From Candidatus Oscillibacter excrementigallinarum (GTDB taxonomy: Bacteria > Bacillota > Clostridia > Oscillospirales > Oscillospiraceae), in contig DWZJ01000085.1 in assembly GCA_019118245.1 (NCBI GenBank), positions 2,822 through 66,821 of the forward strand: a stretch of DNA of 64,000 nt. The letters run 5' to 3'. The position numbers and the translations under genes are program-made. Under the pieces are notes generated by a model. That model had not been told where the DNA came from and ran no database searches. It saw only the letters and a program-made list of their open reading frames with translations. Position 1 is the stretch's first letter. The number at the start of each line of letters is the position of its first letter. Of this stretch, positions 45,824-54,367 are shown in pieces.

Positions 45824-46577
45824 CAAGAACCTGAATCGGAGGGCCCTTCCGAAATTCCTGCTGTGGGTCGGCATCGGCGCCCTGGTGGGCTTCTGCGCCG
45901 GCCTTGCCAGCGGCATCCTGGGAGGGCTGAACGCCGAGGAGTGGGTGTCCGTCCGTCTCCCCGCCGCGCTGGGAGCCGTCGCCCCCTGGGGGATCCCGGT
46001 GACCTCCGCCATTCTGCTGGGTGTATGCCTGGGGCAGTATCGGGCTGCGAAAAAGCTCTGCGACAGCTGGGACGGGGAGGATGAGACCGCCCCGGACCAG
46101 GCGGACCAGCGGCTGAATATCGTGCTGCTGTGTTCCTCCCTTGCCATGATCCTGGACTTCCTGTTTTTGGGGATGGGGGTCCTGTATACAGAGGGCGTGG
46201 CCACGGCGGCGGTGACTGTGGCGGAGATGCTGGTCTCCTGCGCCCTGGTGGTCCTGGCCCAGCAGAAAACGGTGGATCTGACACGGAGGATGAATCCGGA
46301 GAAGCAGGTCAGCGCCTATGACAGCAAGTTCCAGGAGAAGTGGTACGAGGTATGTGACGAGGCGGAGCGGGCCCAGATCGGCCGGGCGTCCTACCGGGCC
46401 TTCCGGGCGGTGAACCGGTTTTGCCCATTCCTCTGGCTGGCGCTGCTGCTCCTCAGCTATGTATTTCCCATCGGCCTGATGCCCCTGGCCGCAGTCCTGC
46501 TGGTGTGGGCGGTGCTGGAGGTGACCTATATCCTGGAGTGCATCCGGCTCAGCAGGAACAAGGAAGCGGCCCAATAA
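45810..46577 (+). CDS. DUF3169-like membrane protein
   Basis: Multi-TM; QQKTVDL..RMNPEK, DEAE..QIG.ASY; typical partner of a small XRE gene. Confidence 0.75.
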   Translation: MNTTNKNLNRRALPKFLLWVGIGALVGFCAGLASGILGGLNAEEWVSVRLPAALGAVAPWGIPVTSAILLGVCLGQYRAAKKLCDSWDGEDETAPDQADQRLNIVLLCSSLAMILDFLFLGMGVLYTEGVATAAVTVAEMLVSCALVVLAQQKTVDLTRRMNPEKQVSAYDSKFQEKWYEVCDEAERAQIGRASYRAFRAVNRFCPFLWLALLLLSYVFPIGLMPLAAVLLVWAVLEVTYILECIRLSRNKEAAQ

Positions 46578-46751
46578 CCCCTGCCGCCGCAGCCATCCCC
46601 CCGGAGACGCCCGGGAAATTCCTGAAGCCGGCCCGCTTGTCAGCGGGCCGGCTTTGTGGTATTCTAATTCTATTCGGAAAAACTGGCGGAGAGGTTGACC
46701 TTTTTGAAGAACGCCGCTCCGCCATGCGGCATCTGAGGGACGGAGGTACCC

Positions 46752-47606
46752 ATGTTTGAAATGCTGTTGGTCCTGGCGGGGGCAGCCGTTGGGGTGGCCC
46801 TGCTGGTGGCTCTGGGGTATGGACTGGCCTGGGCTGTGCTCCACGGCCGGAGGGACGGCCCCGGCTGGGAGAGGCTGGACGGCTTCCGGTATGCCCACCG
46901 GGGGCTTCACGGCTGCGGCGTGCCGGAGAATTCCCTGGCGGCCTTCCGCCGGGCGGCGGAGGCGGGATACGGCGCGGAGCTGGACGTACGTCTGACAAAG
47001 GACGGCCGCCTGGCGGTGATCCACGATGCCACGCTGGACCGGGTGTGCGGCGTCTCCGGCAGGGCAGCGGAGCTGACGGCTGCGGCCCTGTCTGCGCTGC
47101 GGCTGGAGGGCACGGAGGAGCGTATCCCCTTTCTGGAGGAGGTGGCGCCGCTGTTTGCCGGGCGGGCACCCCTGATCGTGGAGTTGAAGACCGACTGGCG
47201 CAGCGCCGCCGAGCTGGCCCGCAGGACAGTGGAATGCCTGGACCGCTTCTCCATAGACTACTGCGTGGAGAGCTTCGACCCCCGGCCGCTGCTGTGGCTG
47301 CGCCGTCACAAGCGGTCGGTGCTGCGGGGCCAGCTGTCCCAGAATTTCCACCGCCGGCCCTCGGGCCAGGGGCTCTGGAACCGGCTGGCGCTGACGAACC
47401 TGCTTTACAATGTGTTCACCCGGCCGGACTTTGTGGCCTACCGCTTCGGCGATCAAGAGCGGCTGGCAGTGCGGCTGTGCCGCAGATCCGGGGTCAGAAT
47501 GGCCTATTGGACGCTCCGCTCCTGGGCCGATATCATCCTGGCGGAGCAGGAGGGCGCTCTGGTGATTTTTGAGGAGCCCGATCAGTTGAAGGAGGAACCC
47601 TGTTGA
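46752..47606 (+). CDS. glycerophosphodiester phosphodiesterase family protein
   Basis: AHRGLH, PENSLAAF, ELDVRLTKDG..VIHD, VELK. Confidence 0.92.
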   Translation: MFEMLLVLAGAAVGVALLVALGYGLAWAVLHGRRDGPGWERLDGFRYAHRGLHGCGVPENSLAAFRRAAEAGYGAELDVRLTKDGRLAVIHDATLDRVCGVSGRAAELTAAALSALRLEGTEERIPFLEEVAPLFAGRAPLIVELKTDWRSAAELARRTVECLDRFSIDYCVESFDPRPLLWLRRHKRSVLRGQLSQNFHRRPSGQGLWNRLALTNLLYNVFTRPDFVAYRFGDQERLAVRLCRRSGVRMAYWTLRSWADIILAEQEGALVIFEEPDQLKEEPC

Positions 47607-48523
47607 AGCGAACGAAAAAAGAGAAGAGACAGTATAAAAAGGCGTTCCAGGAGGCTATGGCAAAGGAGCTGCGGGAGCACAGAAGCTCCTTTATCGTCTT
47701 TCTCATCCTGCGGCTGCTGGTGATCGTGGTGCTGGTGCGCCAGCTGATGCTGGCCAACTACGCGGGCGCGTTTTTCTGCATTCTGGCGTTGCTGCTGCTG
47801 TATGTGCCCAGCTGGATCCAGGTGAAGCTGCGGATCGAGCTGCCGCCGCCTTTGGAGATCACCATCTTCTGCTTCATCTTCGCGGCGGAGATCCTGGGCG
47901 AGGTCAACGCTTTCTACGTGGTGATCCCCGGGTGGGACACCATGCTCCACACCATCAACGGCTTCCTGGCCGCGGCGGTTGGCTTCTCCATGGTGATGCT
48001 GCTGAATGAGGACGAGCGGGTCACGTTCCGCCTGTCTCCGGCATTCCTGGCCATGGTGGCCTTTTGCTTCTCCATGACTATCGGCGTGCTGTGGGAGTTC
48101 TTCGAGTTCGGCATGGACTTTTTCCTCGGCACGGATATGCAGAAGGACACCATCGTCCACGCCATCCACACCGTGACCCTGGACCCCACCCTGTCCAACA
48201 AGGTGGTGACCATTCCGGATATCCAGGACGTGATCATCAATGGGGAGAGCCTGGGCCTGGGGGGCTATCTGGACATCGGCATCATCGACACCATGAAGGA
48301 CCTGTTCGTGAACTTCATCGGCGCGGTGGTGTTCTCCGTCACCGGCTTCTTTTATGTAAAGAGCAAGGGCCGGAAAAAGAGCGCGGCCCAGAGCTTCGTG
48401 CCCAGCAAAAAGACGGCGGAGCAGGACTATCTCCAGCAGGCACTGGAGGAGGTCGTCCAGGAAGAGGAGCGGCCGTCCGATCAGGAGGGGACCTCCGCTC
48501 CTGGGGAACCGGAGGGGGCCTGA
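47603..48523 (+). CDS. conserved integral membrane protein
   Basis: WDTMLHTING, GVLWEFFEF, DTMKDLFVN pattern of putative metal-binding membrane hydrolases; TTG start behind GGAGG. Confidence 0.75.
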   Translation: MKRTKKEKRQYKKAFQEAMAKELREHRSSFIVFLILRLLVIVVLVRQLMLANYAGAFFCILALLLLYVPSWIQVKLRIELPPPLEITIFCFIFAAEILGEVNAFYVVIPGWDTMLHTINGFLAAAVGFSMVMLLNEDERVTFRLSPAFLAMVAFCFSMTIGVLWEFFEFGMDFFLGTDMQKDTIVHAIHTVTLDPTLSNKVVTIPDIQDVIINGESLGLGGYLDIGIIDTMKDLFVNFIGAVVFSVTGFFYVKSKGRKKSAAQSFVPSKKTAEQDYLQQALEEVVQEEERPSDQEGTSAPGEPEGA

Positions 48524-48631
48524 CCGGGAAGAAACGAAAGCCGTCGGGGGTCCGGCGGCTTTTCCCTTTGGGAAACGGCAGAAAAGAGCGGCTGGCCATC
48601 TGGCCAGCCGCTCTGTGCTGTGATCACGCGG

Positions 48632-50128
48632 TCAGTCGTCGATCTCCTGCTCCGCCTTGAGGATAGCTCCCGTATAGGCGTCGATCTCGTAGCTGTACTC
48701 CGTCCGGCCCACGTGGAACTCCACCTCGTACAGGGTCTGGCCGTCGTCCCGGTCCAGCTCCACCTGGATGCGGGAGGCGCTGCTCTCACTGACCCCGGCG
48801 TGGGCCAGCGCGGCGGACCTGGCCGCCGCCTCACCGATCATGCTGGAGGAGCCGGAGGCGCTTCCGCTGGAGGTATTTCCGCCGGAGGCGCCGCGAGTCT
48901 CCCGCTCGCTCTGGAGGATGGCACCGGTGTACAGGTCGATCTCGTATTGGTATTCCGTGGAGCCCGCCAGGAACTCCACCTCGTAGCACTCCGCCCGGCC
49001 GTCGTCATGCTCCACCCAGCAGCGGAGATAGGTGGTGTCCCCCTCGCTGATCCCGGCGTCCGCCAGCGCGGCGGCGGTGGCCGCTGCCTCGCCGATGTAG
49101 GTGCCGGAGCTGCCGGAGGAGGTGGCCCCGCCGCCGGTTGCGCTGCCGGAGCCGCCCTCCCGGGAGAACTTCACCACCTCGCCGGTGCGGGCGTTGATGT
49201 CGTAGTCGTACTCCGCGCCGCCGGCGTAGAACTCCACCTCGTAGACCATCAGGCCGTCCTCGCTGTCGAACTCGATCTCCATCTGGGCCACGCTGCTCTC
49301 GCTGACCCCGGCGTGGGTCAGGGCGGCGTTCTTGGCCTCCTCCGCCGTGATGTAGGCCTTGGTGCTGGCGCTGCCCGTCTGGGTGACGGACTGGGAGGCC
49401 AGGTGCCGGGACTCGGAGATGAGGGCGATCTCATTCACGGAAAGGGGGGCCAGGGCTTCAAAGGTCAGGGTGCTGTCCTGGGCGATGACCTCCTGGATCA
49501 GGGCTGCCTTGCCCACGGAGATGCCGTACTGCTGGGCTAGGGCGTTCAGGTCCGCGCTCTCCGTCACCGTCTGGCTGAGGACGGCCCCGTCCAGGGAGCC
49601 GCCCTGGAAGACGCTGTTGATGGTGTCCGTCAGGTGCTGCTGGAGCTGGGCGGACTTGGCGGCGTCCTGGTTCTCCACAGACACCAGGATGGCGTTCTGC
49701 AGGTCGCTGAGGTAGCCGTTCTGGAGCATGGAGCCGATGAGGGCGTTCACTGCCACGTCCAGGTCCGTGCCCGTCAGGTCCATGTCGCCCAGGATGGTCT
49801 CCGCGTCCTGGTTGAAGGGGGTGACGGAGAGCACCCGCTCCTGAGCGCTGACCTCCATGGACAAACTGGGGTTCACATCCAGCATCACCACGGAGTCCAC
49901 GGTGTTGGCACCCCGCCAGCTGGTAATGCCGAATGCACCGCCGCAGATGACCAGGGCCAGGGCGGCGACCGCTGCCAGGGGCGCCCAGCGGCGCTTCTTC
50001 CTGGGGGGAGAGAAGGGGATGACCTCGGCCCGCTGGGGGCCGCAGGAAGCCAGAATGCGGTCCAGCGGGTCCGGCGCGGCGTGTTCCACGGCGGTCCGCA
50101 GGCGCTGTTCCAATTCGCGTTCGTCCAA
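48632..50128 (-). CDS. membrane anti-sigma factor with RsgI-like DVNPS domain and three PepSY repeats
   Basis: Short cytoplasmic N-terminus, one TM helix, VMLDVNPS (49865-49879), three repeats ending YEVEF...Y.Y.I.A.TG.I; directly downstream of ECF sigma. Confidence 0.82.
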   Translation of the reverse strand: MDERELEQRLRTAVEHAAPDPLDRILASCGPQRAEVIPFSPPRKKRRWAPLAAVAALALVICGGAFGITSWRGANTVDSVVMLDVNPSLSMEVSAQERVLSVTPFNQDAETILGDMDLTGTDLDVAVNALIGSMLQNGYLSDLQNAILVSVENQDAAKSAQLQQHLTDTINSVFQGGSLDGAVLSQTVTESADLNALAQQYGISVGKAALIQEVIAQDSTLTFEALAPLSVNEIALISESRHLASQSVTQTGSASTKAYITAEEAKNAALTHAGVSESSVAQMEIEFDSEDGLMVYEVEFYAGGAEYDYDINARTGEVVKFSREGGSGSATGGGATSSGSSGTYIGEAAATAAALADAGISEGDTTYLRCWVEHDDGRAECYEVEFLAGSTEYQYEIDLYTGAILQSERETRGASGGNTSSGSASGSSSMIGEAAARSAALAHAGVSESSASRIQVELDRDDGQTLYEVEFHVGRTEYSYEIDAYTGAILKAEQEIDD

Positions 50129-50129
50129 G

Positions 50130-50696
50130 TCAGTCTGCCTCCTTCCATGCGAGTTGGAGCTTTTTCAAAGCCCGGCTGTATTTGGAGAGAACAGTGGGAA
50201 GCGGCAGGCCCAGCAGGGCGGCGATCTCCCGGTGCCGCAGGCCCGTCAGGGCGTGGAGGGTGACGATCTGCCGCTCCTGGTCGCCGAGGGCGGAGAGCAT
50301 GGCCTGCAGCATCAGACGGTCCTCGTGGGTGACGGCGGGATTGTCGGCGATGCGGTCCTGCCAGTCCTCCTGGGCCAGGGGCTCCGTCCGCCCGTGCTCC
50401 CGCAGGCGGCTGATGGCCAGGTTCCGGGTGATGGTCAGCAGCCAGGCCATGGGCTTGCCCTGGGCACGGTAGCCCGGGGCGGCGTTCCACACCTGTAAAT
50501 AGGCGTCCTGGAGGATGTCCTCCGCGTCATGGGCGTTTTTCACGATGGACAGGGCAAACCCGTAGATCGCGGGGCGTGTGCGGCCGTACAGATCGGCCAG
50601 GGCGTCCTTGTCCCCTCCGGCGATGCGGGCGATGCACGCCTCCAGGGCGGCGTCCGCGCCCGGGTCCGGCTCCGCCACGGTCATGCAGAATATCAT
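50130..50696 (-). CDS. ECF sigma factor
   Basis: Region 2 DAEDILQDAYL..W, AWLLTITRN; region 4 ERQIVTLH..GLRHREIAALLG..TV. Confidence 0.93.
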   Translation of the reverse strand: MIFCMTVAEPDPGADAALEACIARIAGGDKDALADLYGRTRPAIYGFALSIVKNAHDAEDILQDAYLQVWNAAPGYRAQGKPMAWLLTITRNLAISRLREHGRTEPLAQEDWQDRIADNPAVTHEDRLMLQAMLSALGDQERQIVTLHALTGLRHREIAALLGLPLPTVLSKYSRALKKLQLAWKEAD

Positions 50697-50719
50697 GGGG
50701 CTTCCTCCTGTTCACACAG

Positions 50720-50767
50720 ACAACGCGCCAGAGGCGCGTTTTATTGCATCGCGGCCAAAAAAATTTT
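50720..50767 (-). promoter_or_regulatory. candidate ECF promoter (autoregulatory)
   Basis: Minus strand A/T tract, TGCAAT (50743-50748), AAAAC+N12, CGTTGT (50720-50725); same layout at 51890-51937. Confidence 0.7.
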
Positions 50768-50858
50768 ACCGGCCGCGCCCCTATGATAGCACATCCCACA
50801 GCAGTTTCCAACCCCGGACAGAAAATTTCCGGGGCAGCGGCCGCTGTCCCGGAACGGG

Positions 50859-51443
50859 TCAGGGGAGCATCCGGTCCCCCTCGGTGATGGGGCGGATGGG
50901 ACGGCAGGGGACGCCCGCAGCCAGCACCCCGGCGGGGATGTCCCGCGTCACCACGCTGCCGCCGGCGATGACGGCCCCGTCCCCGATGGTGACGCCGGGC
51001 ATCACCTGGACGCCGGCGCCGATCCAGACGTTGCTGCCCACCCGGATGGGGCGGGCGTATTCCAGGCCGCGGTTCCGCTCCTCCGCCGCCAGAGGGTGGC
51101 CGGAGGTGTGGAAGCCGCACTGGGGCCCGATGAACACATCGTCCCCAAAGGTCACGCCGCCGGCGTCCAGGATGACGCCGCCGTGGTTCATGTAGAAGTT
51201 CCGGCCCACGGTGATGTTCCAGCCGTAGTCGCACCAGAAGGGGGGCTCGATCCGCAGCCCCTCCCCGGCGGCGCCCAGCAGGCGGCGCAGCAGTGCCTGG
51301 GCGGACTCGATGTCCTCCGCCTGATAGGCCAGCGCATTGAACTGCCGGCACAGGGCCTTACAGGTGGCCAGATCCGCCAGCAGCTCCTTGTCATGGGAGG
51401 GCGTGAAAAGCATCCCCCGTAGCATCTTCTCTTTTTCCGTCAT
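50859..51443 (-). CDS. sugar O-acetyltransferase (maltose acetyltransferase family)
   Basis: MTEKEKMLRG, IEPPFWCDYGWNI, IGPQCG, VWIG, GSVVTRDIP; ATG 51443. Confidence 0.92.
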   Translation of the reverse strand: MTEKEKMLRGMLFTPSHDKELLADLATCKALCRQFNALAYQAEDIESAQALLRRLLGAAGEGLRIEPPFWCDYGWNITVGRNFYMNHGGVILDAGGVTFGDDVFIGPQCGFHTSGHPLAAEERNRGLEYARPIRVGSNVWIGAGVQVMPGVTIGDGAVIAGGSVVTRDIPAGVLAAGVPCRPIRPITEGDRMLP

Positions 51444-51531
51444 AGAGCAGTTCCTCCTGTACTGGCGGCTCCGGGCCGCGGTCTGTCCTGCCATTATACA
51501 GGAAGAGACTGGCCGGCGCAAGGGCCGCGGG

Positions 51532-51831
51532 TCAGTCCCGGGGATACTGGCCGGTGCCGCTCTCCATCTCCGTGACATTGCCGAAGCCGCTGACCTCGAT
51601 GTCATACCAGGTGTCGCCGTTGACGATCTTGTAGCTGTACTCGTTCCAGAGGCCCTCGCTGCTGACCTCCTGGGAGATGACCTCTCCGCCTCCTGCGGTG
51701 TCCAGGGCGATCTGCCGGGCCTCGGTGCCGTCCACCCGCAGGGCGAAGATGGCCGCCAGGGCGATGACGGCCAGCACCACCACGGCGCCGACGATGATCC
51801 CGACCAGTTTTTTCACAGACAGATGTTTCAT
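51532..51831 (-). CDS. small membrane-anchored PepSY-domain protein (99 aa)
   Basis: N-terminal basic plus hydrophobic segment; EARQIALDTAGGGEVI...YSYKI...YDIEVSGFGNV; ATG 51831 behind GGAGGT. Confidence 0.75.
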   Translation of the reverse strand: MKHLSVKKLVGIIVGAVVVLAVIALAAIFALRVDGTEARQIALDTAGGGEVISQEVSSEGLWNEYSYKIVNGDTWYDIEVSGFGNVTEMESGTGQYPRD

Positions 51832-51889
51832 GGATGATACCTCCTGCTCGATGTTCCGGGCGTGTGCCCAGTCCGTTCTTTCTGTCCAT

Positions 51890-51937
51890 ATAACGGGGGT
51901 GCTGGTTGTTTTATTGCAGGGAGGCGAAAAAATTTTT
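51890..51937 (-). promoter_or_regulatory. candidate ECF promoter for the PepSY gene
   Basis: TGCAAT (51913-51918), AAAAC+N12, CGTTAT (51890-51895); A/T tract 8 nt upstream of -35 as at 50720-50767. Confidence 0.7.
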
Positions 51938-51996
51938 CTGGCTTGACAGCCATCCGCGGAGCCTCCACTGTGAAAGACAGAAAGAAGGTGAATTTG

Positions 51997-52620
51997 ATGA
52001 AGTACGGAAAGATCCGGCAGCCCTCGCCGCGGAGGACCAGCCGGCGGGAAGAGGACTACCAGCAGGTCCAGGCGTTTTTGGACAGCGGCGACCAAGCGCT
52101 GTGGAAGGCACTTTACGAGGATGCCTATGAGACCGTGCGCCAGTGCGCGGCATACACAGACTTCGGCCATCTGCTGGACCCGGAGGAGTACCGGGAGATC
52201 GCGGACGAGGCGTTTGCCCGCTGCTATGAGCAGCTGGAGCGATACCAGGGACGCAGCCGCTTCTCCGGCTGGGTGGGCGGATACAGCAAGAACATCACCC
52301 GCACCCGCTGCCGCCAGATCCTGACGGGGATGCGGTACCGGCGGCAGCTCTATGAGCGGTCCACCGGCAGGTTCATGGACTGGGATCCCCTGTGGCTCCT
52401 CCTGCGGCTGGAGCGGGACGCCTGCCTGTGGCGGGCCATCTCCGACATCTCCGAGACGGGATGGCGGATCCTGGAGGCCCGGGCTTTGGAGAAGCTGACC
52501 TTCCGGGATATCGCCCGGGAGCTCCAGCTGACCAGGCGGGAGGTCCAGACACGGTATGAGGCGGTCTGCACGGCGGTGCGGCGGCGCTACCTGCGCTATT
52601 GCGAAGAGAGAACCCTTTGA
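51997..52620 (+). CDS. divergent ECF-like sigma factor
   Basis: Region 2-like EIADEAF..CY..LERY.G.SRFSGWV...KN; region 4-like LTFRDIARELQL...V. Confidence 0.65.
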   Translation: MKYGKIRQPSPRRTSRREEDYQQVQAFLDSGDQALWKALYEDAYETVRQCAAYTDFGHLLDPEEYREIADEAFARCYEQLERYQGRSRFSGWVGGYSKNITRTRCRQILTGMRYRRQLYERSTGRFMDWDPLWLLLRLERDACLWRAISDISETGWRILEARALEKLTFRDIARELQLTRREVQTRYEAVCTAVRRRYLRYCEERTL

Positions 52621-52670
52621 GGGAAATAGAAATGGAAAAGGGCCAATATTTACGAAAGGAATCGTGACAT

Positions 52671-53408
52671 ATGGGCAAAAAGAAATGGGAACATCAAGTA
52701 GACAGGACCCCGGAGGAGCTGCTGGACGACCTGTGTAAGCAGCTGAAATTGCTGTGGGATGCATGTAAACAGTACGACGCGGGCAATGGGATATACGGCG
52801 TTCAGATCGCCGTCAAGCTCCGGGTGCTGCTCCACCAGACAACGCAGTCGGAATCCCTTCTGAGGCAGGTCTCCCGGAGGTTCGCGTTCAGCTGCCCGGA
52901 TTTTCTCAGCCTCAGCACGGTCCGGGGCGAGATGGTCAACAAGGGCAAGACGGACTTCGTCCGCTCTCCGCTGGTACAGTATCAGATGGTCCACCAGCCG
53001 GAGGTGCCGCCGGTCCTGACCGTGGAGCCCCTGCTCCCGGAGCCCGGGAAGCGGTATGTCCGGAGGGCCTTCAAGACCTGGTGGGACGGGATCGACGTGG
53101 TCCTGATCGACCGGGAGCGGTTTTTGACCCGCAAGGGCGTGGTGTGCCTGCTGGCGAACCAGGAGGGCGGCGCCCACCTCCAGCCCGGCATGGATGAGAA
53201 GACGGCCCTGCTGCGCCGGAGAGAGGCGAATCCCCTCCAGATCACCGCGCCGCTGCCGGACGGGCCGACCCGGGTGTATGCCGCGGAGACCGACCGGATC
53301 CTGGCGGCGGTGGCGCGCACCATTGCGGCGGAGACCCTGTACACCTTCCAGAAGGAGATCCTGCCCCGCTGCCAGACGGCGCTGGCGGCCGAAATGGAAA
53401 GACGCTGA
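52671..53408 (+). CDS. hypothetical protein
   Basis: 245-codon ORF with AAAGGA SD; motifs KQYDAG..IAVKLRVLLHQT..SESLL and WW..TRK..LLANQEGGAH. Confidence 0.7.
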   Translation: MGKKKWEHQVDRTPEELLDDLCKQLKLLWDACKQYDAGNGIYGVQIAVKLRVLLHQTTQSESLLRQVSRRFAFSCPDFLSLSTVRGEMVNKGKTDFVRSPLVQYQMVHQPEVPPVLTVEPLLPEPGKRYVRRAFKTWWDGIDVVLIDRERFLTRKGVVCLLANQEGGAHLQPGMDEKTALLRRREANPLQITAPLPDGPTRVYAAETDRILAAVARTIAAETLYTFQKEILPRCQTALAAEMERR

Positions 53409-53425
53409 GATCGCGCGGGGCGGCG

Positions 53426-53454
53426 TTGACATTTCCGGCGATTTCCGATATGCT
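53426..53454 (+). promoter_or_regulatory. sigma-A promoter for mscS
   Basis: TTGACA (53426-53431), 17 bp, TATGCT (53449-53454). Confidence 0.7.
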
Positions 53455-53494
53455 GGTGCTATCCTAATTACATTACGAAAAGGAGGCGGCGCAG

Positions 53495-54310
53495 ATGCCG
53501 GACCTCACCTCCATGGTCACGGACACCCTGGCCAAGTTCTCCCTGAGCACGGTGCTCTCCGCCGTGGCCATCCTGCTGATCTGCCTGGTGGTCGTCCACC
53601 TGCTGAGCAAGCTGCTGCGGCGGCTGCTGGCCCAGACCAAGCTGGACGAGCGCATCCAAAAATACGCCTTGGCCGGCATCCGGCTGCTGCTCTACATCAT
53701 CACCGTGCTGATCGTGGCGGAGAGCCTGAACATCCCCATGACCTCCCTGGTGGCGCTGCTGTCGGTGGGCTCCCTGGGGGTGACCCTGGCGGCGGAGGAC
53801 ATCCTGGGCAACGTGGCCGGCGGGCTGGTGATCCTCTCCTCCCATCCCTTCTCCATCGGGGACTATGTGGAGGTGGGCGGTGTGGCCGGCACGGTCCAGG
53901 AGATCAGCCTGAACCACACCAAGCTGGTGACGCCGGACGGACACCTGGTGATGCTGCCCAACAAGGAGCTGGCCTCCTCTCAGATGACCAACTACACTGT
54001 GCTGGGGAAGCGCCGGGTGGTGCAGAGAGTGACGGCCTCCTACGACGCGCCCACGGAGACGGTGAAGGCCGCCTGCCGCCGGGCCCTGGAGATGACGGAG
54101 AACCTCCTGGAGGACCCGGCACCCGCCGTCTACCTCACCGCCTACAAGGAGAGCTCCATCGAGTATACCGTCTACTGCTGGGCCACGCCGGAAAACTGGT
54201 GGGGCGCCTACCTTGCATTGGGAGAGCACCTGCGGGAGGCGTTCCGGGAGTACGGCGTGGAGATGACCTATGAGCACCTGAACGTCCACATCGTTGAAAA
54301 CCGGACCTGA
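53495..54310 (+). CDS. mscS: small-conductance mechanosensitive channel
   Basis: LGVTLAAEDILGNVAGG, PFSIGDYVEV, GTVQEI..T.L.T.D, PN. Confidence 0.9.
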   Translation: MPDLTSMVTDTLAKFSLSTVLSAVAILLICLVVVHLLSKLLRRLLAQTKLDERIQKYALAGIRLLLYIITVLIVAESLNIPMTSLVALLSVGSLGVTLAAEDILGNVAGGLVILSSHPFSIGDYVEVGGVAGTVQEISLNHTKLVTPDGHLVMLPNKELASSQMTNYTVLGKRRVVQRVTASYDAPTETVKAACRRALEMTENLLEDPAPAVYLTAYKESSIEYTVYCWATPENWWGAYLALGEHLREAFREYGVEMTYEHLNVHIVENRT

Positions 54311-54367
54311 GACGAAAGCGAGGCCGCCCGCCGGGCGGCCTCGCTGTTTTGTTCTCTCGATGCGTCC

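Noticed and set aside
51832-52764. Long upstream extension of the PepSY ORF (410-aa track call)
   Set aside because: Overlaps the opposite-strand sigma-like gene; the SD-supported ATG at 51831 gives a coherent 99-aa protein.
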